A stretch of DNA of 64,000 nt from Octopus sinensis (Eukaryota). The stretch spans positions 16,616,001 to 16,680,000 of the forward strand of contig NC_042997.1 of assembly GCF_006345805.1 (NCBI RefSeq), given 5' to 3'. Below are positions 1-12,800 of the stretch, piece after piece. The notes below the pieces were generated by a model, which saw nothing but the letters and a program-made list of their open reading frames with translations, had not been told where the DNA came from and made no database searches. Each line of letters starts with the position of its first letter. The first letter of the stretch is position 1. The position numbers and the translations under genes were made by a program.

Positions 1-515
1 TATTGTACTGGGGAAATAAAGTTGCAAATACTCCACTGACTTGTTAGATTTTGCTTGAGATCTTTGAGGGGATTTTTTTTTTTTTTGCTTGATTTAGGTT
101 TGATTATTTGTGTGTGTGTGTGTGTGTGACTGACTGACTGACTGGATGGGTGCTTTTTGCCTTGATAGAATGTTAACATTTATTATCCTTAACAGCAGTC
201 AGCAATAAAACTTGTAGTTTGTCATAGTCATCATTCTCTATTGTCATCATCGTTGTTGCTGGCGTCAGTGTGCAGTATCACCACTGTCGCCATCATCATC
301 ATCACCTTTTAGCTTGTAAAATGTATCGTGTGGGGAACACAAATATCTAAATGATTTCTAATAAGAGCACAAGGCCTTGAATTTTAAGGGAAGGATACAG
401 CATTTAAATTGATACCATTATTTGACTGGTATATATTTTATTGTCTCTGGAAGAGTGAAAGGCAAAGACGACATTCTTGGTGTGTTGAATTTGGAATGTA
501 ATGGTGTCTATTATT

Positions 516-783
516 CATCATCATCATCATCATCATTTAGCGTCCGTTTTCCATGCTAGCATGGGTTGGACGGTTCAACTGGGGTCTGTGAAGCCGGAAG
601 GCTTCATCAGGCCCAGTCAGATCTGGCAGTGTTTCTACGGCTGGATGCCCTTCCTAACGCCAACCACTCCGTGAGTGTAGTGGGTGCTTTTTACGTGCCA
701 CCCGCACAGGTGCCAGACAGAGCTGGCAAACGGCCACGAATGGATGGTGCTTTTTACGTGCCCCCGGCACGGGGGCCAGGCGA
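516..783 (-). mobile_element. RTE 3'-end fragment
   Basis: (CAT)n + tttagcgtccgttttccatgctagcatgggttggacgg..., reverse complement of 14600-14780. Confidence 0.88.
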
Positions 784-1882
784 GAACAAATCATTTACTT
801 TACTACTGTGTTGATTCTGCCACACAATTTCTCGCATTTATGCACTGAAACTCAGATCTTTGCTGAGGGCTACAATTGAGTAAATTTTTTGAATATTTGA
901 TTTTTTGAATGTTTGATTGTTATTGATCCTGGAAGGAAGGGAGACAAAGTCCACATAGCAGAATTTCACTTCAGACCATAAAGCAATGGCTTGTCATTCT
1001 ACCTGTTCTACTATTGATGACTTCTAGCTTATTTTTTTCTTTTTGTTTAGTCTGAGGTGAAAGAATTTTTGTAACCCTTCCATGTTCTTCCACACATGCC
1101 ATGAAGACGATGTGGTTGGTACTTGTCTTGAACTTCTGCTGTATGGAAAACAGGAGCAGGAAAGAATTAAATAAGGTTGCAGTTTCGGTGAGAAAGGATT
1201 GGGTGAAGCAAAGAGAATGTTGAAAACGTAACACCCAATAGAATAGAACCGAGTGAGTGTACTAAGTGTTTTGTATGAAGGTCTGATAGAGGTTGCAATT
1301 CAGTAGAACAGTAACCAATGCAGTAAGTGTTGAGGAGACAGAGTGGGGGTTATTATTTGATTCTTATTTTTCTTTAATATATTTATGAACAATGGCTTCT
1401 GGTCTAACTTTCAAAGAATAAACAAAATTGAGGATTGAAACTCGGATAAAAGTGTAGGTTTATGCTAACTGAACCTTAACCATTACTTTGACTAGGGCAA
1501 TACAGTGCACCAATATTGACCCAGTCTTTCTCATACAGTCACTGTGCTATGTAGTTTTATTTGTTATTTTTGAATCATTTAAGGCACATCTAAAACTGTT
1601 GTTATTCAACACAGTATAAAACTACAATATACACAATATATATTGCTATTCTAAACTTTGTAACTATTTCATATACAATAAACACATATTGACTGACACT
1701 TCTAAGTCTCAGTCACTGTCTGAGTTCATTTCGGCTGTACCGTTTCATGTAAGTTAACATTACACATTTATCAAATCCCCTTTGAGTGCAGTATTCATGT
1801 ACTTAGTTGAACTGTAGTAGGAATATTTAAGATTGTTATGTCTCCACCAACTACAGTGGCAAGCACTTAAGTGGAAACTAGT

Positions 1883-2110
1883 TTAACCCTTTAGTGTTTA
1901 AACCGGCCATATCTGGCCCAAATATTCTATATGTTTTATAATCAAACTGGGAATATCTAGCCCCTCAAACCTAACCTACATTGACATTCAAAAAATATAC
2001 AATCACATCATTGAAACCTCAAAGCTATAAGATAATGCATGATTAATTCAAAGCAATTTGAGTGAAAAAGTATTACATTTAACAGAGTAATCTGAACACT
2101 AAAGGGTTAA
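1883..2110. mobile_element. piggyBac-type MITE
   Basis: TTAA-CCCTTTAGTGTT...AACACTAAAGGG-TTAA: TTAA target site and CCC/GGG termini. Confidence 0.82.
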
Positions 2111-2506
2111 TGCATCATCAGAACTGTCCCTACCCTGGCTGAAGTTTTTTTATTTTTAAAAATATTTTAAATTTTTGATATGCAAGACAATTGCTATTAT
2201 GAACTGGATGAATTAAATAAAGTTCAAAGTCTAAAGTTAATTACAACTGCCAGAATCATTGCAACTGGTTCATTTGTTATTCAACCCTTATTGCAAGAAA
2301 GACAATTGCCTTCCCAGAAGTCAATATTATTATTTTGAAGGTGGTGAGTTGACAGAATTGCTATAACTAAATTTACTTCTAGGTGTTGGAAAGTATCCAG
2401 CAGGGATTTATATTTTAATACCATGAAAAGGTTATTATAATGCACTTATAAAAATCAGAACTAGTTAAGATTGTACAGTTCTATATTTAAGAGGTGAGGA
2501 ATTATG

Positions 2507-2630
2507 TACATTATTTACATTTGACGGATATTTGTCCTCATCTTGTTTGTTGTTAACACAGTGTTTCTGCTGATATACCTTCCAGCCTGATGAAGATGAG
2601 GACAAATATCCATCAAATGTAAATAATGTA
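2507..2630. repeat. Inverted repeat enclosing hammerhead-like remnants; probable Penelope-like terminal relic
   Basis: 38-bp arms at 2507-2544 and 2593-2630 with one mismatch. The spacer has GGCUG..CAGCA-GAAAC on the - strand and CCUGAUGAAG on the + strand. Confidence 0.65.
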
Positions 2631-2639
2631 GTTAAAATT

Positions 2640-3085
2640 GTTTCCTGAAAAATGTTGCCAGAGCATTCCAGAAGTTGTAGGTAGATTTCAAAATGATTTT
2701 GTTTGAGGAATTTTGGTAGCTGTTTTGAGACCTATATTGTACATATTTCATCATCAAAGGCATGTCTTTTGCAGATAACTTTATAAGGAGAGCCATTGCT
2801 AATTTCCATATTATTTGTTACTTCATCAATAGTCACCTGTTTGTTTAGCAGGATTATGTCACAAACTCATTCAGTCGTTGTTATCCTCACTATATGACCT
2901 GTTCTGCTGTCTAACTCTTTCTTGATGTGTGGCACTTATGTGAACATTTCTGAATTTTTTAAATCTATTCATAGACAGTCTATAGCAATAAGATACTGTT
3001 CTTAAAGTCAATGGTGGATTTTGTCCCCTGATTTATATTCTGCCTGTAGAAAATGGATTACTGAACACGGTTTTTCTTTGCAGTA
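2640..3085 (-). mobile_element. Mariner transposase relic (N-terminal HTH region)
   Basis: Minus frame DIILLNKQVTIDEVTNNMEISNGSPYKVICKRH...CTI*VSKQL resembles the mariner RRVTIDEVA..LQISHGSAY..WVPKQL region; contains stop codons. Confidence 0.72.
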
Positions 3086-4925
3086 AAGAGAAAGAGAAGT
3101 GGCTATGATTTACATAACAAAAACTTAATTTAAGTTTGCACTTTCACCTGTGATAGGTGAGAGATGCTCTTGCAGCTAATTACCAATTGCCAAAAAAAAA
3201 AAAAAAAAAAAAATGCTGCAGATAATTAATGATTTGGAACAAATGACATCTTATTTTGTTGTATCTCAGGAGCGTCATTATGTCAATGATAAATACATGT
3301 TAACCATTAACTAATTGATTGTTTGATTAATTGTTTGGTCAATCAAATCAGGTTTGTCAGTCCTTTCATCACAATTCACTGTCCCATCAATAATATGCCA
3401 TCTCTACTCCAGGCCTGCTTCATGTCTGTTAACTAGTTTAATAATAATAATAACAGAAGTGAAATAAAACTAGAATGTGTGTGTGTTTATTATTGGCATA
3501 ATGATCATTCCAACAAATGAGTTCATATCAAGAATCTTGCAAACCAAATACAAAATGAGATGACAATTTAACATTTCAAGTTCAAGATTGGCTGTAGTGA
3601 CTAGAGAGTGACCACATGTAGCAAGGCACATAAAACTAATTTCCACAATAATAGAAAAATAAAACTAAATACAATTGCATTGAAGATTATGACTCGCTTT
3701 CATATTAAAATTTCTACATTTGTCACAAGATTTTGTCTTAATATTATAACCATTTAGCTAAATTCTAAAATGGGTGTATTCTGAAAGTTCTGGCCACATT
3801 CTTAACAATACCAGTTAGCATTTTCTCTGTCATAAAGGCAGTTTTGTTCTTTTATGCACCTTTTTCTTATCTTGACAAATGGACAACTGCCCAAAATGTC
3901 AAGTTCTCTTTTTCCACTGCATAATGCATTGACCTTGAAAACCTGTTTGTTGTTTTTATTTTATTTTTTTATTGCTATTTTCCTCCTCTTTTTACTTGGT
4001 ATCACCCTAGATATGTATTTGAAAATATATATTTAAAAAAGTATAATAGTGATATTTTGGTGGAGAACATTATTATTATCAGTTCTTTTATTTTGTTTTC
4101 CTGTGATACTATTGGTTTATTACTACAACATCTAAAATTTTTTCTCCCAAGGTTTTCTATTTATTACATGGCAGCTCATAAAACATCAAGCGTTTCATCT
4201 ATATTTATTTGTTTCTTCTTTTTTTTTCCTGATGAATTCTCACTTATTAGATTAAGATCTCTTAAAACAAATTCACCCAGACAGATTTGCCCTTGTTTGC
4301 ATCAGTTCTTTTGATTATTTTTGAAACATAGAAAATGAAAGGACATGTTAGTTGGATTTATTTATACAGATCTGGCAAGTGATAATCTATTTCTGCAGGA
4401 AATAGAAAGCTGTGAACAGTAATGTTCCTTTTGTTCTGTTTTGCAGATGTTCTTTTAGATAGCATTTGGAAACTAATCTGGTCTCTCTATTTCATTTCAA
4501 AAGCCTGGCTGTAGGAGTTTGTATTATGTATAGCCAGTTGTTCCAGAGATTTTTATTAGAAAAAAAAATTTCACATTTTCAAGTGTTTTGTAGTAATTGA
4601 AAATGTTCTTTTTGTTTTCATTATATCTTTCAATATAGCTTAAAGGATATATGCATACACAAACGTACTTATAGTGTGTGTGTTTTGAATTTATGGGAAA
4701 TGTTTTGATTGTGCAAATAAAGCCCCTATTTATTATGTTGGCCACAGTCAATCAACCTTCGCGCTGGTCAGAAGGGATAAACATCCCTCTGTTAAATAGT
4801 CATTAATGCTATATTGCCTGAAGAAATGAATCCATGACGATCAACCTGATGACCACGGATTCTACAGATTATACTGCAATTATCCCAGGAACGCACCCAA
4901 ATGGTTATCTGAAACAGCTGCAGTC

Positions 4926-4926
<1 letters not shown>

Positions 4927-4956
<30 letters not shown>

Positions 4957-7900
4957 TTAACGTCCGCTTTCCATGCTAGCATGGGTTGGACGGTTCAACT
5001 GGGCTGGGGAGCCCGAAAGCTGCACCAGTCCAGTCAGATCTGGCAGTGTTTTCTACAGCTGGATGCCCTTCCTAACGCCAACCACTCCGAGAGTGTAGTG
5101 GGTGATTTTTGTGCCACCGACCAGGTGCCAGACGAGGCTGGCAAACGGCCACGCTCGGATGGTGTTTTTATGTGCCACCGACACAGGTGCCAGACGAGGC
5201 TGGCAGACGGCCACGCTCGGATGGTGTTTTTTTATGGCCACCGACACAGGTGCCAGACGAGGCTAGCAGACGGCCACGCTCGGATGGTGTTTTTATGTGC
5301 CACCGACACAGGTGCCAGATGAGGCTGGCAAACGCCACGATCGGATGGTGCTTGTTACGTGCCCACAGCACGGAGGCCAGTCGATGCGGTACTGGCTACG
5401 GCCACGTTCGGATGGTTTTCTTATGCCACGTGCCACCGGCACTGGTACCACAAAGATACAAATTCCATTGATGTTCATCTATTTTGATTTGTTTTGATTT
5501 GATTTTGATTTTCACTTGCCTCAACAGGTCTTCACAAGTGTCACAAGAAGGAAGGTATGCACAGGTGGACTGACTACGTCCTAGTAGGGGCCATGGGTTA
5601 TGGCCTGACTAGTCTTGCCGGGTCTTCGGATGGTGTTTTTATGTGCCACCGACACAGGTGCTAGATGAGGCTGGCGAACGGCCACGATCGGATGGTGTTT
5701 GTCATGTGCCCACCGCACTGACTACGGCACTGATGGATTTCTTGTGTGCCACAGGCACTGGTACCACAAGATACAAATTCCATTGATGTTCATCTATTTT
5801 GTCTATTTTGATTTGATTTGATTTGATTTTCACTTGCCTCAACCGGTCTTCACAAGTGTCACAAGAAGGAAGGTATGCACAGGTGGACTGACTAGTCTTG
5901 CCGGGTCTTCGGAAGGTGTTTTTATGTCCCACCGACACAGGTGCCAGATGAGGCTGGCGAACGGCCATGATCGGATGGTGTTTGTTACGTGCCCAGCACG
6001 GAGGCCGGTCGATGCGGAACTGGCTATGGCCACGTTCGGATGGTTCTCATGTGTGCCACCGGCACTGGTACCACAAAGTGTGTGCCACCGCACTGGTACC
6101 ACAAAGATACAGATTCCATTGATGTTCATCTATTTTGATTTGTTTTGATTTGATTTGATTTTCACTTGCCTCAACAGGTCTTCACAAGTGTCACAAGAAG
6201 GAAGGTATGCACAGGTGGACACTGACTACGTCCCAGGTAGGGGCCATGGGTTATGGCCTGACTAGTCTTGCCGGGTCTTCGGATGGTGTTTTTATGTGCC
6301 ACCGACACAGGTGCTAGATGAGGCTGGCGAACGGCCACGATCGGATGGTGTTTGTCATGTGCCCACAGAACGGAGGCCAGTCGATGCGGTACTGGCTACG
6401 GCCACTTTCGGATGGTTTTCTCTTGTGTGCCACCGGCACTGGTACCACAAAGATACAGATTCCATTGATGTTCATCTATTTTGATTTGTTTTGATTTGAT
6501 TTTGATTTTGATTTTCACTTGCCTCAACAGGCCTTTGATTTTCACTTGCCTCAACAGGCCTTCACAAGTATCACAAGGAGGAAGGTATGCACAGGTGGAC
6601 TGACTACGTCCCAGGTAGGGGCCATGGTTTATGGCCTGACTAGTCTTGCCGGGTCTTCGGAAGGTGTTTTTATGTGCCACCGACACAGGTGCTAGATGAG
6701 GCTGGCGAACGGCCACGACCGGATGGTGTTTGTTATGTGCCCACAGCACGATGGCCAGTGATGCGGTACTGACTACGGCCACGTTCGGATGGATTCTTGT
6801 GTGCCACCGGCACTGGTACCACAAGCGGTACTGACTACGGCCAAGCGGTACTGACTACGGCCACGTTCGGATGGATTCTTGTGTGCCACTGGCACTGGTA
6901 CCACAAGGATACAAATTCCATTGATGTTCATCTATTTTGATTTGTTTTGATTTGATTTGATTTGATTTTCACTTGCCTCAGCAGGTCTTCACAAGTCGGA
7001 AGGTATGTACAGGTGGACTGACTACGTCCCAGGTAGGGCCCACGGGTTATGACCTGACTAGTCTTGCCGGGTCTTCGGATGGTGTTTTTATGTGCCACCA
7101 TGTTCCCACAGCACGGAGGCCAGTCGATGCGGTACTGGCTACGGCCACGTTCGGATGGTTTTCTTGTGTGCCACAGGCACTGGTACCACAAAGATACAAA
7201 TTCCATTGATGTTCATCTATTTTGATTGATTTGATTTTCACTTGCCTCAGCAGGTCTTCACAAGTGTCACAAGAAGGAAGGTATGCACAGGTGGATCGAC
7301 TACGTCCCAGGTAGGGGCCACGGGATATGGCCTGACTAGTCCTGCCGGGTCCTCTCGTGCACAGCACACTTCCATAGGACTCGGTCTTCAGTCATTTCCT
7401 TGGTGAGACCTAAAGTTCGAAGGTCATGCTTCACCACCTCGTCCCAGGTTTTCCTGGGTCTACCTCTTCCACAGGTTCCCTCAACTGCTAGGGTGTAGCA
7501 CTTTTGCACACAACTATCTTCAGCCATTCTCATCACATGACCATACCAGCGCAGCCGTCTCTCTTGCACACCACAACTGACACTTCTTAGGTTCAACTTT
7601 TCTCTCAAAGTACTTACACTCTGACGATTATGAACACTGACATTACACATCCATCGGAGCATACAGGCTTCATTTCTTGCAAGCTTACGCATATCCTCAG
7701 CTGTCACGGCCCATGTTTCACTACCATGTAGCATGGCTGTACGTACACACGCATCATATAGTCTGCCTTTTACTCTTAGCGAGAGACCTTTTGTCACCAG
7801 CAGGGGTAAGAGCTCTCTAAACTTTGCCCAGGCTATTCTTACTCTAGCAGTTACGCTTTCAGCACACCACCCCCCGCTACTGACTTGGTCTCCTAGGTAG

Positions 7901-8712
7901 CGGAAGCTATCAACTACTTCTAGTTTGTCTCCCTGGAACGTGGTAGAAGTTGGACTCTGCACATTTCCAGTGTTTATTTCTCCTGAGCATCTGCCACAGA
8001 CAAAAACTATTTTCTTAGTTAGCCTTCCTTGACATTGCTGCACCTCTTATGTGTCCATAGCTTACACTTGGTGCACCTTATAGAGTTTCTACCTACACCT
8101 TTTTTACAGATCGAGCAGGGCCATCTACCTGAAGTCGTTTGTGGTTGGTCCACCTTCCTACTTATTAGGACTTTGGTTTTGGCTAGGTTGATTCTAAGGC
8201 CCTTCGATTCTAATCCTTGTTTCCACACCTGAAACTTCTCCTCCAGTTCTGATAGTGACTCAGCAATTAGAGCAAGGTCATCAGCATATAGGAGCTCCCA
8301 GGGGCATCCTGTCTTAAATTTTTCCGTTATTGCCTGGAGGACTATGATAATAGGAGGGGGCTGAGGACTGAACCTTGGTGGACCCCAACCTCTACCCGGA
8401 ATTCTCACTGTACTCGTTGCCAACCCTCACCTACTAGCTGCGTCTCTGTACATGGCTCGCACAGCTCTCACTAACCATTCATCTATCCCTAGTTTCCTCA
8501 TTGACCACCAGATAAGGGATCGGGGGACCCTGTCAAAGGCTTTCTCTAAGTCAACAAAAGCCAGGTACAAGGGCTTACCTTTGGCTAGGTATTTCTCCTG
8601 CAGCTGTCTTACCAGGAATATAGCATCAGTAGTACTTTTCCCTGGCACGAACCCAAACTGCATATCATCTAAGCTAACTCTCTCTCTAATTAACTGGGCT
8701 ATAACCCTCTCC
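4927..8712 (-). mobile_element. 5'-truncated RTE copy of the same family, with an expanded 2.4-kb 3' UTR
   Basis: ORF pieces 8427-8741, 8019-8423 and 7336-8043 match the C-terminal half of the 9871 ORF; (CAT)n at 4927 is the reverse-complemented tail. Confidence 0.93.
7336..8712 (-). pseudogene. Truncated, frameshifted RTE RT coding region
   Basis: Four single-base deletions relative to the + copy; intact C-terminus KCAVHERTRQD*. Confidence 0.9.
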
Positions 8713-8845
8713 AAATAAATAAATAAATGTATATAAGTCATTATTTCTGTCTATTTTATGTACCACTCTACCAAAATATACGATCTTAACTTGGTAATGG
8801 AACCATGGATTTACATAGTAAGGCAGCAAGCCGGCAGAAACGTTA

Positions 8846-9003
8846 GCTTCTTTCAGTTTCCGCCTACCAAATCCACTCACAAGGCTTTGGTCAGCCCGAG
8901 GCTATAGTAGAAGACACTCGCCCAAAGTGCCATGCAGTGGGAATGAACCCGGAACCATGTGGTTGGTAAGCAAGCTACTTACCACACAGCCACTCCTGCG
9001 CCT
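8846..9003 (-). mobile_element. tRNA-derived SINE, third family (other copies near 17340, 19741, 36820, 41820, 44137, 48510, 61265, 61980)
   Basis: Consensus-like tggctgtgtggtaag..gcttgct..ccaaccacatggttccgggttca..cccactgc.tggcac.ttggg; many dispersed copies. Confidence 0.82.
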
Positions 9004-9870
9004 ATTAATTTTTTTGTATAATCCAATACAAAATTGTTGTGTTACCAACAAAGTTTTTCTGTTTTAGACATTGACCACACAAGTATGATACTTTCTCATC
9101 AGATGACTTTGCTTTTACAACAGGAAGCCATCACAATTTATTATAATTCAGTAAACAGAGCTACTAATAACTATTTCTCTCCTAAGAAAGGAATGGCTGC
9201 CGGCCGATTCTTGGTGGGCCACGACCCCCCCCCCCCGTTCCTCTTCAATTGTCTTATCTCTTTCGATCGCCATTCGGCCCCTCTCTCCGCCACCCTATAT
9301 GCATATAAACCAGCGACTGATTTCAACGTCCTCACTTGAATTCAGACTGGTATCCGACTCCCTACGAAAAATACGAAATACGAAATATGAATCCAAGCTA
9401 AGCAATCTATATTTAATTTCAACCCGTGTACCTACTTAACTATCTGCAACTGATCTGATCTTTTAGTTAGCCCTGTTTTATCTCTATTAGTATTATTGTT
9501 ATGACTTGTGAAATTTAGCCTCACGCCTTGTGTCTATTTATATGTACATATAATTCTATAGTTCATCTTAATTATATATCGTTGTCTCATGTCTTGTGTT
9601 AAATATATATTTAATCTTAAAGCTTGCCCCTAATTTTATTTTATTTTATCGATCAGTCTCACGCCTCGTAGATATAGAATAAATGTATTTATAATTTATA
9701 GCTCCTTATCGTCCACGCTTCTCCCATAGATTAGGCAAAATTTAGGTATTTATTTATAGCTACTAATAACTATTTCTCTCCTAAGAAAGGAATGGCTGCC
9801 GCCCGGTTTTCGTGGTGCACCCGCCCTCCCCCCCCCCACCGGTACAGGAAGTCCTAAATTTTTCTCATCC

Positions 9871-12800
9871 TTGTCTCCCTTATACACTCAAAGTCTTATG
9901 CCACCCCCACCTCCTTCCGTAAAGGTAGTGGTCAGTCATTGCAAGATATGTTTAGTGTTGTATACGAGGTTTGAACTTAAGTTCCATTGTTTGTCTATGA
10001 ATACTGCCAAACGCGAGTTTTCTTTTCAGGTACATGACGCTATTAGGACCAATGCCACTTCCACCCCCACCCACAGCCTCAGGGTTGGCACCCTCAACGT
10101 CGGCACACTGAAAGGCAGATCTGGCGAGATAGTTGAATTGCTTGAACGGAGGTGGGTTGATATATGCTGCATTCAAGAAGTGAGGTGGAGAGGAGGTTCT
10201 GCTAGGTTCCTCACAGGCAAAGGACAGAGGTACAAGATTTTCTGGGCTGGGAATACTGACGGAGTCGGGGGTGTGGGCATGCTTATCGCCGAAAAATGGG
10301 TAGATAAGGTAATCGAGGTAGTCAGAGTAAGTGACAGAATAATTAAGATTAGATTAGTGCTCCACCATAGTTTAGCAACTATTATATCGGCCTATGCCCC
10401 TCAGCCAGGGCTACCTGATGGACAGAAAGACTGTTTCTATGACACCCTACTGCAGACCACATCATTGACGAACGACAGGGACCTTCTCTTTGTGGCTGGT
10501 GACTTCAATGGGCATGTTGGACGACGTGCTGGGGGCTTCCATGGCGTACATGGAGGCTACGGTTATGGTTCCCGCAACGAGGAGGGAACCAGGCTGCTGG
10601 AGTTCTGCGATGCGAATAGTCTTATGATTTGCAACACTAACTTCAGGAAACCGACAAGCCACCTGGTCACCTACCGATCGGGCCGGCATACTAGCCAAAT
10701 CGACTACATCCTTGCCAGAAAAAGGGAAAGATGGCTGCTTATAAATGCCAAAACCTTCCCAGGTGAAGAATGCACCCCACAACATAGACTGGTAGTTAGT
10801 GACTTTAGGATCAGGACAAAGAGGGCGACTAGAAGACGACCAACATGGAGAAGAAGGGTCTGGAAGCTTAAAGACCCTGCGAATGGACAGAGATTTAGAG
10901 ATATGTTATTTGAAGCCTTAGACGAAATGGAAGGGAGTATAGCTACGCATGGGGTAGAAGACAACTGGACGCTTCTGAGGGACAACCTGCTGAAAGCCGC
11001 TGACCAGATCTGTGGCTGGTGCAAAGTCCCCTTAAGACCCAAAATAACGTGGTGGTGGAACAATATTGTTGACAGGGCTATTAGACAAAAGAAACAGGCT
11101 TGGAAGGCCTGGAAGAACGGTGGTAGCAGGGAAGTGTATCAGTCTGCCAGAAGGGAAGCCAGGAGACAGGTCTATCTAGCCAGAGGGGAGGCAGATAAGG
11201 AAAAATTTGCCAATGTCCTGCGTCGTGAGGATGAAAGACTTGAGGTATTTCGTGTTGCAAGACAGTGTGTGAGAGAGAATCGTGACGTGGTAGGAGAGAA
11301 ATGTGTTCGCATGGAGGATGGTTCACTTGCGTTAAATGAGGATGCAAAGAGAGAAGCTTGGAGACGCCACTATGAAAGGTTGCTGAATGAGGAAAATGAA
11401 TGGGATAAAGAGAGTCTGCCGAATGTCGACCCAACAGAGGGACCAGCAATCCGAGTTAACAGTTCCTTAGTAGATAAGGCAATTAGAAGCATGAAAACAG
11501 GGAAAGCCCCAGGCCCATCAGGAATTACTGCAGAGATGCTCAAAATATCTGGTGGTGTCGGCTATAGCTTAGTCACCCGTATAGTTAACCAGGTGATACA
11601 CGAGGGGGTCATACCCAATGACTGGTGTAGCAGCATAATAGTCAACTGCTACAAAGGTAAAGGCGACGCCCTAGAGACAAATAACTACAGGGGCATCAAG
11701 CTGCTGGATCAGGTAATGAAGGTTACGGAGAGGGTTGTAGCCCAACTAATTAGAGAGAGAGTTACCTTAGATGATATGCAGTTTGGGTTCGTGCCAGGGA
11801 AAAGTACTACTGATGCTATATTCCTGGTAAGACAGCTGCAGGAGAAATACCTAGCCAAAGATAAGCCCTTGTACCTGGCTTTTGTTGACTTGGAGAAAGC
11901 CTTTGACAGGGTCCCCCGGTCCCTTATCTGGTGGTCAATGAGGAAACTAGGGATAGAAGAATGGTTGGTGAGAGCTGTTCAAGCCATGTACAGAGACGCT
12001 GCTAGTAAGGTGAGGGTTGGCAACGAGTACAGTGAAGAATTCCGGGTAGAGGTTGGGGTCCACCAAGGTTCAGTCCTCAGTCCCCTCCTATTTATCATAG
12101 TCCTCCAGGCAATAACGGAGGAATTCAAGACAGGTTGCCCCTGGGAGCTCCTCTATGCTGATGACCTTGCTCTAATTGCTGAGTCACTATCAGAACTGGA
12201 GGAGAAGTTTCAGGTGTGGAAACAAGGATTAGAATCGAAGGGCCTTAGAATCAACCTAGCCAAAACCAAAGTTCTAATAAGTAGGAAGGTAGATCAATCA
12301 CAAACGCCTTCAGGTAGATGGCCCTGCTCGATCTGTAAAAAAGGTGTAGGTAGAAACTCTATAAGATGCACCAAGTGTAAGCTATGGACACATAAGAGGT
12401 GCAGCAATGTCAAAGGAAGGCTAACTAGGAAAATAGTTTTTGTCTGTGGCAAATGCTCAGGAGCAATAAACACTGGAAATATGCAGAGACCAACTTCTGC
12501 CACGTTCCAGGGAGACAAACTAGAAGTAGTTGATAGCTTCCGCTACCTAGGAGACCAAGTCAGTAGCGGGGGTGGGTGTGCTGAAAGTGTAACTGCTAGA
12601 GTAAGAATAGCCTGGGCAAAGTTTAGAGAGCTCTTACCCCTGCTGGTGACAAAAGGCCTCTCGCTCAGAGTAAAAGGCAGACTGTATGATGCATGTGTAC
12701 GTACAGCCATGCTACATGGTAGTGAAACATGGGCCGTGACTGCTGAGGATATGCGTAAGCTCGCAAGAAATGAAGCCAGTATGCTCCGATGGATGTGTAA

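Noticed and set aside
971-1234. 87-aa minus-strand ORF in a possible old LINE remnant
   Set aside because: No motif I can identify with confidence.
4834-5322. 162-aa ORF with a poly-His tract
   Set aside because: The His run is the (CAT)n RTE tail read antisense, and the rest is translated 3' UTR repeat. The same applies to most short ORFs at 4834-7367, 13217-14756, 22307-22769, 29410-29966 and 49208-49589.
9190-9240. HDV-like ribozyme at the RTE 5' end (also 9790-9850)
   Set aside because: Known in some RTEs, but I could not pair a P1 helix for GGCUGCC or build the nested pseudoknot. An Infernal search would be needed.
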